NCBI GenBank assembly: GCA_038213805.1
Contig: JBBQSO010000007.1
Coordinates: 1-64,000, forward strand
From: Planctomycetota bacterium
GTDB lineage: Bacteria > Planctomycetota > UBA11346
Length of the DNA: 64,000 nucleotides
Direction of reading: 5' to 3'
Part shown: piece by piece, positions 17,661 through 27,200 of the stretch
Layout of the letters: the number at the start of each line of letters is the position of its first letter
Numbering within the stretch: position 1 is the first letter of the stretch
Made by a program: the position numbers and the translations under genes
The notes under the pieces: generated by a model
Told to the model about the DNA's origin: nothing
Databases searched by the model: none
What the model saw: the letters and a program-made list of their open reading frames with translations, nothing else

Positions 17661-19223
17661 ATGATGCTCTGCCCCAGCTGCGGCCGCGCCTACGATCCAC
17701 CGGCGCGCTTCTGTGCGACCTGCGCACAGAGCGACGGTGCGCCGGTGGCGCTGCGCGCAGCGGGTGCGGCGCAAGCGGGCGCCGCAGCCCCAACGCGGCC
17801 CGCCGTCCAAGCCCCCACGGCCGCGGGCGGCGCTGCAGCGCGCGCTCCGGCGGCCCCGCCCACGCAGACGGCGGCCCCGCGGGCCGGGCCAGCCGCCACC
17901 CCGGGCAAACCGCAGGGCATCGCCATCGGCGAGCAGGCGGTGGTCAGCGGCGACGTCATCGGCCACCAGGTGCAGCACATCTACCAGGGCACCGCGAACG
18001 TCACCAACATCACCCAGGTCGACGACACCAAGCGCATGCTGAGCTGCGCGATCTGCGGCCTGGGCGGCACGCTGGCGGACGGATTCCACGCTTGCCCGGG
18101 CTGCGCGCGCACCACCTGCGCAAAGCATTTTGACGAGCAGGCGCGGCTGTGCGCCGACTGCCGCGATTCGGCGTCGACGGTCAAGGAAGACCTCTACCGG
18201 CAGCAGGTGCGGCGCTTCCTGGAACCGGGCTGCGTGATCGACGCGGTCGAACGCCAGCAGCTCGACGAATCGCGCCAGTCCCTGGGTCTGAGCGCGGTGC
18301 GCGCCGCCGACCTCGAACGCTCGGTCAAGGACTGCCACCCGGGTGGCGGCTGGGGCGCGCTGCAGCAGCGCCAGCTCGAGGCCGCACGGCGCATGCTGAT
18401 CGCCGGCGCAGTCACCCCCGAGGCGCTCTCCTACCTCGAACCGCTCGCCCAGCGCCACCCCGAACACCACGAGCTGCAGGCGCTGTGGCTGGAGGCCCTC
18501 GCCGAGGCCGACCCGGAGCGCGCCCTGGAGCTGAGCGCACACGCCGCGGTGGACGTGCCCGCGCATCCCCTGGTGCGCGCGCGCCTGCTCGCGGCGCGCG
18601 GCCGCTACCAGGAGGCCATCGATCTGCTCGACGACGCGCGCACCAAGCAGCGGCTTGAGGTCGCGCACGTGCGCTTCACCGCCGCCGCCGCCGAACTCGC
18701 CATGCTGCAGGCGCGCGCCACCGGCAACCGCCTGTATCTGGCGGACGCCGAGGCACGGCTCGCCGAGATCACCGGCAGCCGCGACCCCTACGTCCAGGCG
18801 TTGGTGCGCCTGCTGGCGCTGCTGCGCGGCGCCACGCCGCCGCCGCCGCCCGCGGTGCCGGCCGCGGACCTGGCGACGCGGCGCGCGCTGCTGCAGGAGG
18901 CCGCCGCGCGCGCCACCATCCAGGCGGCCGCGCCACCACCGACCGGCCGCATCCTGCGCAGCCACGCGCCGCGCTCGGCGACGGTCTGGACCACCGCACC
19001 GGGCCAGGCCGGCTACATCCGCGACGAGGACGCACGCGGCAGCGGCTCCAGCTCTGCGCAGCGTGCGATCGTCCCTGGCGCCAAACAGGTGCCGCTCGAC
19101 AAACCCCCGCGCGAAGGCGACCCGCCCACCACGCGCGTCTTCCACCGCCTGACGCCGACCGAGCGCATCGCCGACGAGGGTGACGCGCCGAACGTGGCCC
19201 CGCCGGGGGACGGGGCGATCTGA
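17661..19223 (+). CDS. Zinc-finger and TPR-like protein
   Basis: CPSCG..FCATC, second Cys cluster CAICG..CPGC..CAKH..CADC, helical TPR-like repeats. Confidence 0.6.
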   Translation: MMLCPSCGRAYDPPARFCATCAQSDGAPVALRAAGAAQAGAAAPTRPAVQAPTAAGGAAARAPAAPPTQTAAPRAGPAATPGKPQGIAIGEQAVVSGDVIGHQVQHIYQGTANVTNITQVDDTKRMLSCAICGLGGTLADGFHACPGCARTTCAKHFDEQARLCADCRDSASTVKEDLYRQQVRRFLEPGCVIDAVERQQLDESRQSLGLSAVRAADLERSVKDCHPGGGWGALQQRQLEAARRMLIAGAVTPEALSYLEPLAQRHPEHHELQALWLEALAEADPERALELSAHAAVDVPAHPLVRARLLAARGRYQEAIDLLDDARTKQRLEVAHVRFTAAAAELAMLQARATGNRLYLADAEARLAEITGSRDPYVQALVRLLALLRGATPPPPPAVPAADLATRRALLQEAAARATIQAAAPPPTGRILRSHAPRSATVWTTAPGQAGYIRDEDARGSGSSSAQRAIVPGAKQVPLDKPPREGDPPTTRVFHRLTPTERIADEGDAPNVAPPGDGAI

Positions 19224-19369
19224 AGTCCGGCACTGCGAGCGGCGGCCCGGGTGCCGTGCAGGCGACCTGTGACCTGGCGAACACCAGCTTCCGAATCCGG
19301 ATCAGAGATCCCGCAGCGTGACGAAGCGCTCTCCGCAAGCGGCTTGGCCTGGCCGCGCACCAACAGGGT

Positions 19370-19711
19370 TCACTGCGCGCCCGGAGGCCCTTGGGTATCC
19401 GCGTGGGGATCGCGCTTGGTAGGCTCGCCTGCGCCCGGCACGTCTCCGCATTTCCGCAGGTCAGCGCTGAGGCGGGCGATGCGCCGGCTCAGCCACCACA
19501 GCCGCAGCGTCCAGACCGCAAACGCGAGAAAGAACCCGAGGAGGATCAGGTATAGACCCACCGTCACGCAGAAGTGCGTGGTATCGTGCGCGAAGGTGAT
19601 CGGCTGGCCCCGCCGCCCGATCACCACGCCATGGAAGACGTCCTTGAGCGCGATGGCCAGAAGGACGATGAGGACGGGCAGGATGACGGCCAAAAACCAG
19701 CGCGCGCGCAT
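19370..19711 (-). CDS. Small membrane protein
   Basis: Two hydrophobic segments. Confidence 0.5.
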   Translation of the reverse strand: MRARWFLAVILPVLIVLLAIALKDVFHGVVIGRRGQPITFAHDTTHFCVTVGLYLILLGFFLAFAVWTLRLWWLSRRIARLSADLRKCGDVPGAGEPTKRDPHADTQGPPGAQ

Positions 19712-19792
19712 GGCGGCGATGGTAGCTGCGCGGCAGACCGCGCCAATCACGCGTGTCCACGACGCCTTGGCGTCGTGGACACGCGCGGCCGG

Positions 19793-20539
19793 TCAGCGCA
19801 GTCCGCCGCCGGTGAGCAGCTGCTCACCCGTCAACCAGCGCGCCTCATCGGAAGCGAGGAACACCACCACGTCAGCGATGTCGCCGGGCTGACCGAGGCG
19901 GCCGAGCGGGGTCTGGGCGACGATCTGGGCCTGGAATTCCGAGCCGATGAAGCCGGCGCTGTGCACGCCCTCGGTCTCGACCATGCCGGGATTCACGGTG
20001 TTGACGCGGATCTTCTTCGCGCCGAGCTCACGCGCGAGCACGCCGGTGATGGCGTCGACAGCGCCCTTGGTGCCGCTGTAGACGGCGCTGCCGGGGGGCG
20101 TGGTGCGCGAGACCACCGAGCCGATGTTGATGACGCTGGCGCCCTCGCCGAGGTGCGGCAGCGCGGCCTGGGTGGTGAGCAGCAGGCCGAGCACGTTGAC
20201 GCCAAACTGGCGGTGGAACTGCTCTTCGGTGATGTCCTGGAGGGCGGTGAACTCGTAGACGCCGGAGTTGTTCACCAGGATGTCGAGGCGGCCGAAGGCC
20301 TTGATGCCCGCGGCGATGATGCCCTGGGCGTCGGCCTTCTTGCTGACATCGCCAGCCACGGCGACGGCCTTGCCACCGGCCTTGACGATGGCGGCGACGA
20401 CCGCGTCGGCGCCGGCCTTGCTGGAGGCATAATTGACGACCACCGCCGCGCCCGCGGCGGCGAGGGCCTTGGCGATGGCTGCGCCGATGCCTTTGGATGC
20501 GCCGGTGACGACGGCTACTTTGCCGGTGAGCTTGGACAT
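19793..20539 (-). CDS. Short-chain dehydrogenase/reductase (FabG/glucose 1-dehydrogenase-like)
   Basis: TGASKGIG, LVNNSG, YSGTK. Confidence 0.95.
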   Translation of the reverse strand: MSKLTGKVAVVTGASKGIGAAIAKALAAAGAAVVVNYASSKAGADAVVAAIVKAGGKAVAVAGDVSKKADAQGIIAAGIKAFGRLDILVNNSGVYEFTALQDITEEQFHRQFGVNVLGLLLTTQAALPHLGEGASVINIGSVVSRTTPPGSAVYSGTKGAVDAITGVLARELGAKKIRVNTVNPGMVETEGVHSAGFIGSEFQAQIVAQTPLGRLGQPGDIADVVVFLASDEARWLTGEQLLTGGGLR

Positions 20540-20678
20540 GGGAGACTCCTGGGTTGGGGTTGGCTGGGGAAGGGCGGAAGAGGCGCGAGCGCCCCGCTTG
20601 CCGCCGTCTTCCTATGTTCTATAGTTCGGATCTTACGCACTATGGAACCAGGTCAAGGCCCGTTAGGATGCACCCGTC

Positions 20679-21074
20679 GTGAAGCCCCTCACCCATCCCG
20701 CGCTGCAGGACATCACCGTCGAGGGCATCCTCCACGCCCTGTCGGATCCAGTGCGGGTGGCGATCTACGTGGGCATCATCAAGGCCGCCTGCGCGCACAG
20801 TTGCGCCAGCCTGCTGACGGTGTGCGACCGGCCGATCCCCAAGTCGACGCTCTCCCAGCACTTCAAGGCGCTGCGCGAAGCCGGCCTGATCCGCGGCGAG
20901 CGGCACGGCGTCGAGATGCGCAACACCTCGCGCTGTATCGAAATCGAGCAACGTTTCCCGGGCCTGATCGCCGCCATCCTCCAGGCGCACAGCCTGCAGA
21001 TCGCGGAACGGGCCCAGGCCATGTCCCCCAGGCGCAAGCCGGCCGTCCGCGGCGCGGTGCGACCCGCCAGCTGA
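20679..21074 (+). CDS. ArsR/SmtB-family transcriptional regulator
   Basis: LHALSDPVR...KSTLSQHFKALREAGLI; divergent from the SDR gene. Confidence 0.9.
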   Translation: MKPLTHPALQDITVEGILHALSDPVRVAIYVGIIKAACAHSCASLLTVCDRPIPKSTLSQHFKALREAGLIRGERHGVEMRNTSRCIEIEQRFPGLIAAILQAHSLQIAERAQAMSPRRKPAVRGAVRPAS

Positions 21075-21111
21075 CGCCGCCACCCATCCACGGACCGACC
21101 TCCAGGCCCCT

Positions 21112-22260
21112 ATGACCGATCCCGCCCCCGCGTCCCAGGCCGCAGCACCGGAGGGCTGGTGGGACCAGCTGTGGTCGTCGTCCTTCATGCCGCACGGTTG
21201 CTGCTACAACTGGCAGCCGGGGATCATCTGGTCGCACGTCATCTCGGACGCGATCATCTTTCTCGCGTACTACTCCATCCCGCTCATCCTCTTCGCCTTC
21301 GTGCGCAAGCGGAGGGACATCCCCTTCAACGCGATCTTCATCATCTTCGGCGTCTTCATCCTGGCCTGCGGCACCACCCACCTGCTCGACGTGATCGATG
21401 TGTACGTGCCGCTCTACCGGCTGGCGGCGGCGGTGAAGATCGTCACCGCCATCGTCTCGATCGCCGCGGTGTGGATGCTGGTGCCGGTGCTGCCGCAGGC
21501 CCTCGCCCTGCCCTCGCTCAAGACCACGAACGCGCGCCTGGAATCGCTGACCGGCGATCTGCGCCGCTCGAACGCCGAACTCGAGCAGTTCGCCTACATC
21601 GCCTCGCACGATCTGCAGGAACCGCTGCGCATGATCAGCGTGCACCTGGACCTGCTCAGCCGCAGCCACGGCGCCCGCCTCGACGACAAGGGCCGCAGCC
21701 ACATCGACGTCGCGACCGCGGGCGCTGAGCGCATGCGCCAGCTGATCTCCTCGCTGCTCGCTTTTGCACGCATCGATCAGATCCCGACGGCCACCGAGGC
21801 GGTCGACGCCAACCTGGCGGTGGCCGACGCCCTGCAGAACCTTGCCGAGCAAATCGCCCAGTCCCGCGCCGAGATCGCGTGCGATCCCCTGCCGCGCGTG
21901 CCCATGGAGCGCGGGCAGCTGACCCTCATCTTCCAGAACCTGATCAGCAACGCCGTCAAGTTCGGCCGCGCGGACTCCGGACCGCCGCAGGTCGCAGTCC
22001 GCGCCGCCGCCAGGGACGGCGAGGTGGTGTTCTCGGTCCAGGACAACGGCATCGGCATCGATCCAGCCCATTTCGCCCGCATATTCCTGATCTTCCAACG
22101 CATCCACGACCGCAAGACCTTCGCGGGCAGCGGCATCGGCTTGGCGAGCGTCAAGAAGGTCGTCGAGCGGCATGGCGGCCGCATCTGGGTCGAGTCCAGG
22201 CCCGGCGCGGGCGCGACCTTCCATTTCTCAATCCCTGACCACCGCGAGGCGGCACCATGA
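21112..22260 (+). CDS. Sensor histidine kinase with ETR1-like ethylene-binding TM domain
   Basis: ISDAIIFLAYYSIP...FGVFILACGTTHLL; FAYIASHDLQEPLR; NLISNAVKF; DNGIGI; GSGIGL. Confidence 0.88.
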   Translation: MTDPAPASQAAAPEGWWDQLWSSSFMPHGCCYNWQPGIIWSHVISDAIIFLAYYSIPLILFAFVRKRRDIPFNAIFIIFGVFILACGTTHLLDVIDVYVPLYRLAAAVKIVTAIVSIAAVWMLVPVLPQALALPSLKTTNARLESLTGDLRRSNAELEQFAYIASHDLQEPLRMISVHLDLLSRSHGARLDDKGRSHIDVATAGAERMRQLISSLLAFARIDQIPTATEAVDANLAVADALQNLAEQIAQSRAEIACDPLPRVPMERGQLTLIFQNLISNAVKFGRADSGPPQVAVRAAARDGEVVFSVQDNGIGIDPAHFARIFLIFQRIHDRKTFAGSGIGLASVKKVVERHGGRIWVESRPGAGATFHFSIPDHREAAP

Positions 22261-22784
22261 ATACGAGCACGGCCAAGCGCCTTCTCATCGTCGACGACAA
22301 CGAGAGCGACATCGAGCTCATCACCCTGGCCCTCGAAGAGCTGGGCTGCACCCCCGCCGTCAGCACCGCCAGCAATGGCGCGGACGCCGTGGCCCTGCTC
22401 GACCAGATGGTCACCGGCAGCAGCGCCGCCCTGCCCGACGCCATGCTCCTCGACCTGAACATGCCGCGCATGGGCGGTCAGGAAGTCCTGGCGTACATCG
22501 CCAGCCAGCCCGCGCTCGCAGCCATGCCAGTGGCGGTCCTCACCACCTCGGATTCCCCGCGCGACCGCGCCACCTGCCTGCAGCTGGGCGCATGCCTCTA
22601 CATCGTGAAGGCCTACCGCCTCGCCGAATTCGTCGCCTCGCTGAAGCCGATCGTCGAGCTCCTCGGCCCCGCCACCGGCACGCCACCGCCGAACCCGCCC
22701 CAGGGCGGCAGCGCCACCGCGACACCGATGCAGGCATCGGCAGCCCGCACCGACCCACCACGAATCGAACGAACGCGCACTTAA
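22257..22784 (+). CDS. Single-domain response regulator (Rcp1-like)
   Basis: VDDNESD, LLDLNMP, VLTTS, YIVK; ATGA overlap with the kinase gene. Confidence 0.9.
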   Translation: MNTSTAKRLLIVDDNESDIELITLALEELGCTPAVSTASNGADAVALLDQMVTGSSAALPDAMLLDLNMPRMGGQEVLAYIASQPALAAMPVAVLTTSDSPRDRATCLQLGACLYIVKAYRLAEFVASLKPIVELLGPATGTPPPNPPQGGSATATPMQASAARTDPPRIERTRT

Positions 22785-22912
22785 GGCAGCGGGGTGTCCG
22801 GGGCCCTCCACACGCTCATCCAGCGCGCTTGCATGACGGGGCGGAGAAGGTCCCCACGGCGGATCTCGGGGCTCGCCGCGCGCAGGTCGCGTCCGGAGCC
22901 TAGAATCGTCCC

Positions 22913-24268
22913 CTAAACTTCAGCGAGCGGCTGGTCCGCATCCCCGAAGCGCGGCACCTTCAGCCCCATCTTGTCCATCAGCGACAGGTGCAGACGGCAC
23001 ATCTGCCGCGCCGGCTTGCCGGTGTAGTCGAGCACCCGCCCGCCGGCGATGCGCCCGCCGGCGCCGCCAACGAGCACCATCGGCAGCTGATCGTTGTTGT
23101 GCTGGCCGGTCATCATGCTTGAACCGTACACCAGCATGGAATTGTCGAGCAGGGTGCGCGGTCCTTCCTGGATCGCGTCGAGCCGGCGCGCGAGGTAGGC
23201 GAGCTGCTCGAGGAAGAAGACGTTGACCTTGAGCCAGTCCGCCGAGTCCGAGTGCGAGAGCAGGTGGTGGATCATGTAGTCCACGCCGAGGTCCGGATAG
23301 CGCTGCGAGGAGTGGTCGTTGTTGAGCTTGAGGGTGGCGAGGCGCGTGGTGTCGGTCTGGAAGCCGAGCACCACGATGTCGCACATCAGACGCATGTGCT
23401 CGCCGAGGTGCTCGGGCAGGCCGTCGGCGGGGCGCGCGCGGTCGGGCTTGGCGAGTGTCGGCTGCCAGTCCCGCGCGGTGCGCACGCGCGCCCCGGCGAG
23501 ACGCTTTTCGACGTCGCGCACCGATTCCAGGTACTCGTCGAATTTACGCTGATCGCCGCTGCCCAGCTCGCGGCGCAGGCCGCCGGCGTCGTCCAGCACC
23601 GCGTCGAGCACGCCCTGGTCGCCGCGCGCGGCGCCGTCGCTGAACAGCCGGTCGAAGGCCAGCGCCGGGTAGATCTCGAGCGGCGTCGGCGTGGTCGGCG
23701 AGCTCCACGAGATGTGCGAGCTGTAGAGCATCGAGTAGTTCTTGTGCACCGACGGATTCGACTTCTCGCAGCCCAGCACCAGGCTCGGCACGGTCGTCTG
23801 GTCGCCGAAGCGCTGCGCCAGCAGCTGGTCGACGCTGGTGCCGGAACGGATCTCGCCACCGGAGGCGAGCGGCGCGCCAGAGAGCCAGTTGCCGGTCTGT
23901 GAGCTGTGGATGTTGCCCTTGGTCGCCTCGTCGTGGTAGAGGCCACGGATGAACAGCAGTTTTTTGCGGAAATCGGCCAGCGGCGCCAGCACTTTGCCCA
24001 ACTCCATCTCCGCGCCGGCGCCCTTCGCCCACCATTCCTTGCTGTGGAAGCCGTTGCCCGAGAACAGCACCGCGAGACGCACCGGCGCTTCCGGTACGCC
24101 GCCCTGCGCCGCCGGTTCACCACCCCAGGCGGGCAGCGATTCGAGCCACGGCAGCGCCATGGCGACGCCCAGACCGCGCAGCAGGGTGCGGCGCGAGAGC
24201 CCGCGCGCGCGGTGCGCGCCGGGGACGCGGTGGATGCGGTCGTTCATGGGTGCTCCGTTGTGACTCAT
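22913..24268 (-). CDS. DUF1552 domain protein (Tat)
   Basis: SRRTLLRGLGVAMALPWLESL, SVDQLLA, PALAFDRLF, LDNSM. Confidence 0.9.
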   Translation of the reverse strand: MSHNGAPMNDRIHRVPGAHRARGLSRRTLLRGLGVAMALPWLESLPAWGGEPAAQGGVPEAPVRLAVLFSGNGFHSKEWWAKGAGAEMELGKVLAPLADFRKKLLFIRGLYHDEATKGNIHSSQTGNWLSGAPLASGGEIRSGTSVDQLLAQRFGDQTTVPSLVLGCEKSNPSVHKNYSMLYSSHISWSSPTTPTPLEIYPALAFDRLFSDGAARGDQGVLDAVLDDAGGLRRELGSGDQRKFDEYLESVRDVEKRLAGARVRTARDWQPTLAKPDRARPADGLPEHLGEHMRLMCDIVVLGFQTDTTRLATLKLNNDHSSQRYPDLGVDYMIHHLLSHSDSADWLKVNVFFLEQLAYLARRLDAIQEGPRTLLDNSMLVYGSSMMTGQHNNDQLPMVLVGGAGGRIAGGRVLDYTGKPARQMCRLHLSLMDKMGLKVPRFGDADQPLAEV

Positions 24269-27200
24269 GGTTCATCGTCCTCGGACACCGCGCCGCGGCC
24301 GCGGATCTCGCGGAACTGGCGGCTGCGCACGATCAGCTCGACCGCGGTGCCCGCGCGCCAGCCGTTCGCGGCGAGCGCGGACTGCATCTCGTGGAGCAGC
24401 GGCTCGTCGGACAGGCGCACGGCGCGACCGAGGGCGAAACCGAGCAGCTTGCGGCAGAACTGCCCGGTGAAGGCGGCCGCCCGCGGCCCGGCGAGGTAGG
24501 CGCGCAGGCCGTCCAGACCGGCGAGGCGCGTGCCGTCGGCGGTGGTCGCGGTGATATCGAGCGGTTTGCCGCCCGGGTCGCGGTCCTGGGCGTGGCCGAT
24601 ACCGTCGAAGCCCTCGAGCGCGAAACCGAAGGCATCGAAGCGCTGGTGGCAGCCGGCGCAGCGCGCGTCGCTGACGTGGCGTTCGGTCAGTGCGCGCACG
24701 CTCAGGGCGGCGTCGGCCTGCTCCGGGAAGGGCGGCACGTCCTTGGGTGGGCGCGGCAGGCGCTCGCCGAGGAGGGTCTCGGAGACCCACGCGCCGCGCA
24801 GGATCGGACTGGTGCGCGAGGCGCCCGATTGCTTCGCAAGGATCGCGGCCTGGCCGAGGATGCCGCCGCGGCCAAGCGCGCGCAGGCCCTCGACGCGCCG
24901 CCACTCCGGACCGTCCGCGCTCCATGGGATGCCGTAGTGAGCGGCCAGCGCCTTGTCGACGAAGGTGTGGTCGGCGTCGAGCAGGCTGAGCACGGAGCGG
25001 TCGCTCTGAAAGAGGTCGGCGAGGAAGCGGATGGATTCCTCGTACATGCTGCCGCGCAGCGCGAGGAAGGCGGGGAAGGCCTTCTCGCTCTTCTCGTCGA
25101 GCTGGTCGAAACCGCGCACGTGCAGCCAGCTGCAGCCGAACTCGACCGCCAGGCGGCGCGCGCGCGCATCGCCCAGCAGGCGCCGCGCCTGCGCAGCGAG
25201 CGCGGCCGGATCGCGCAGCGCGCCGGAGGCCGCGGCCGCGCGCAGGGCAGCGTCGGGCGGGCCGGACCACAGGAAGTACGAGAGGCGGGTGGCCAGCTCC
25301 CAGTCGCCGACCGGGCCCTGTGCGGCGCCCGGCACCGGACGCTCGGCACGGTAGAGGAAGGCCGGCGCCGCGAGCACGCGCGTCAGTACCAGGCGCAGCG
25401 CCTCGTCGTGGTGCAGACCCTCGGTGCGCCAGGTGCCGTAGCGAGCGCGCAAGGCCTGCTGCTCGTCCGCGGTCAGCGGCCGGCGCCACGCCTGCGCCGC
25501 GAAGGCGAGCGTGGCGTCGAGCTGCACCGGTTCGGCGTCGAGCAGGCGCTGGCGCAAGGCGGCGGCGCGCGCCGTGATCGGCTGGCGCAGCGGCTCGAGC
25601 TTACGCGGGTCGCCGTCCTGGGTGGCGTACTGCAGGATCTGCTCGAAGGCGTCGACGGTGGTCAGGGCGTCCTGGCTGACGAAGCGCAGGCGGTCCCACA
25701 GGCGGTCGAGCTGCACGCGCTGCGCGTCGTCCAGCATCAGGGTGACCAGCGGGCCGTCCTCGCGGTAGAACAGCGTCAGGGTGATGACCTCGTCCGCGGG
25801 CACTATCTTGGTGTAGCACAGCGCGGCCGGGAAGAGCGCGCGGAAATCGGCGTAGGCAGAGGTCCAACGCGCCTGCGCGGCGGCGCCGGCGATGATCGGC
25901 AACGTCGGGTCCGGAAGGAGGCCGGCGGCGGCCGGGGCGGTGGCGGCGAGCCGCGCCTGAGCGCTGGCCTCCGCCGCCGCGGGACCGGGCGCACAGGCCG
26001 CGGTGGCGACCAGCTCGCAGCCGGCGACCAGTCCGGCAGGCAGGCGCACGGCGAGGATGGTGCCAATCGCCACGCACAGGTCGTCGGCGTCGCAGGCGGC
26101 GCCGTCGGGGCGCTTGCCGAACAGCGCCGGATCGAGGCCCCACGGCGAGTCCGCGGCCGGGACCGCCGGCGTGGTGGCCGCGGCGAGCGGGCCGGCGAAC
26201 GAGGCGAGCTGCCGGTAGAGCTTCGCGTCCGCGCCGTCGCCCGCCGGAGCCGGTGCCAGCAGCAGGCGCTGCAGATCATCAGCGAGGCGCGCCTGCGTGG
26301 CCGGATCGGCGGTGGCCTGCCAGCGCGCCAAAAGCGAGTCTGCGGGCGCGCCGGGGTGCTCGCTCATCACCGCGGTCGGCTCGCTGTAGAAATGCCACAC
26401 CGCGGGATGCCCAGCGGCGTCGGCGTGCGGGTTGCCGGCAAGGATATCGCCCGACACCTCGCGCGTCAGCGACCACGTGACCGGGTTCGGGCCGTCACCG
26501 GTCAGGGTCAGCTCGACGTCGGTGAGGTCGCAGGAATGGTCGGCATTGCGCGGTCCGACCAGCAGCGCGATCAGGTCGCCCGGCTGCACGGTGACGCCGT
26601 CGAGCGGGCCGAAGGGCACGCTGTCGGCGTTGATCGCGGTGCCGGCGGCCAGACGCCGGCGCGCGCTGCCGCGGCGCAGCTCAAGCACCCACTCCACGCC
26701 GTTGCCGCATTCCGGATGCGCGTGCATGACCGCGCCGGCGATGCGCAGCGTCGCGGTCACCGGGCTTTGCCAGCCCACCGCCACGCAGCGCGTCGGCGAC
26801 GGGTGCACGACCACGCCGTGCGCCTTCATCTTGCCCGGGATGCGCACCGCCTGGTCGGAGGCGTTGGCCATCACCGACGGCGTTTCTGTCGAACCCCAGC
26901 CGGTGACGAACTCGTAGGCGCCGGCGCGGGGCAGGCGGTTGTCGAAGTGTTCAAGCGCGAGGTCGCCGGCGAAGCCGACGCCGAGATAGCCGAGCCACGC
27001 AGCGAGCACACCGGGATCGATATGGTGGCGCTGCGCCAGCTGCGCGACGTCGCCATGCGCGTCGCCAGCGGCGTCGACCGCGGCGGCGAGCGCCGCCGCG
27101 GTGCCGGCGAAGGTGCGCACGCGCCGCGCGAGCAGGTCGTCGACGTAGGCGCGCGCCACGCGCAGCGGCAGCGGCGGCCGGCCGGGGATGACCAGACGCG

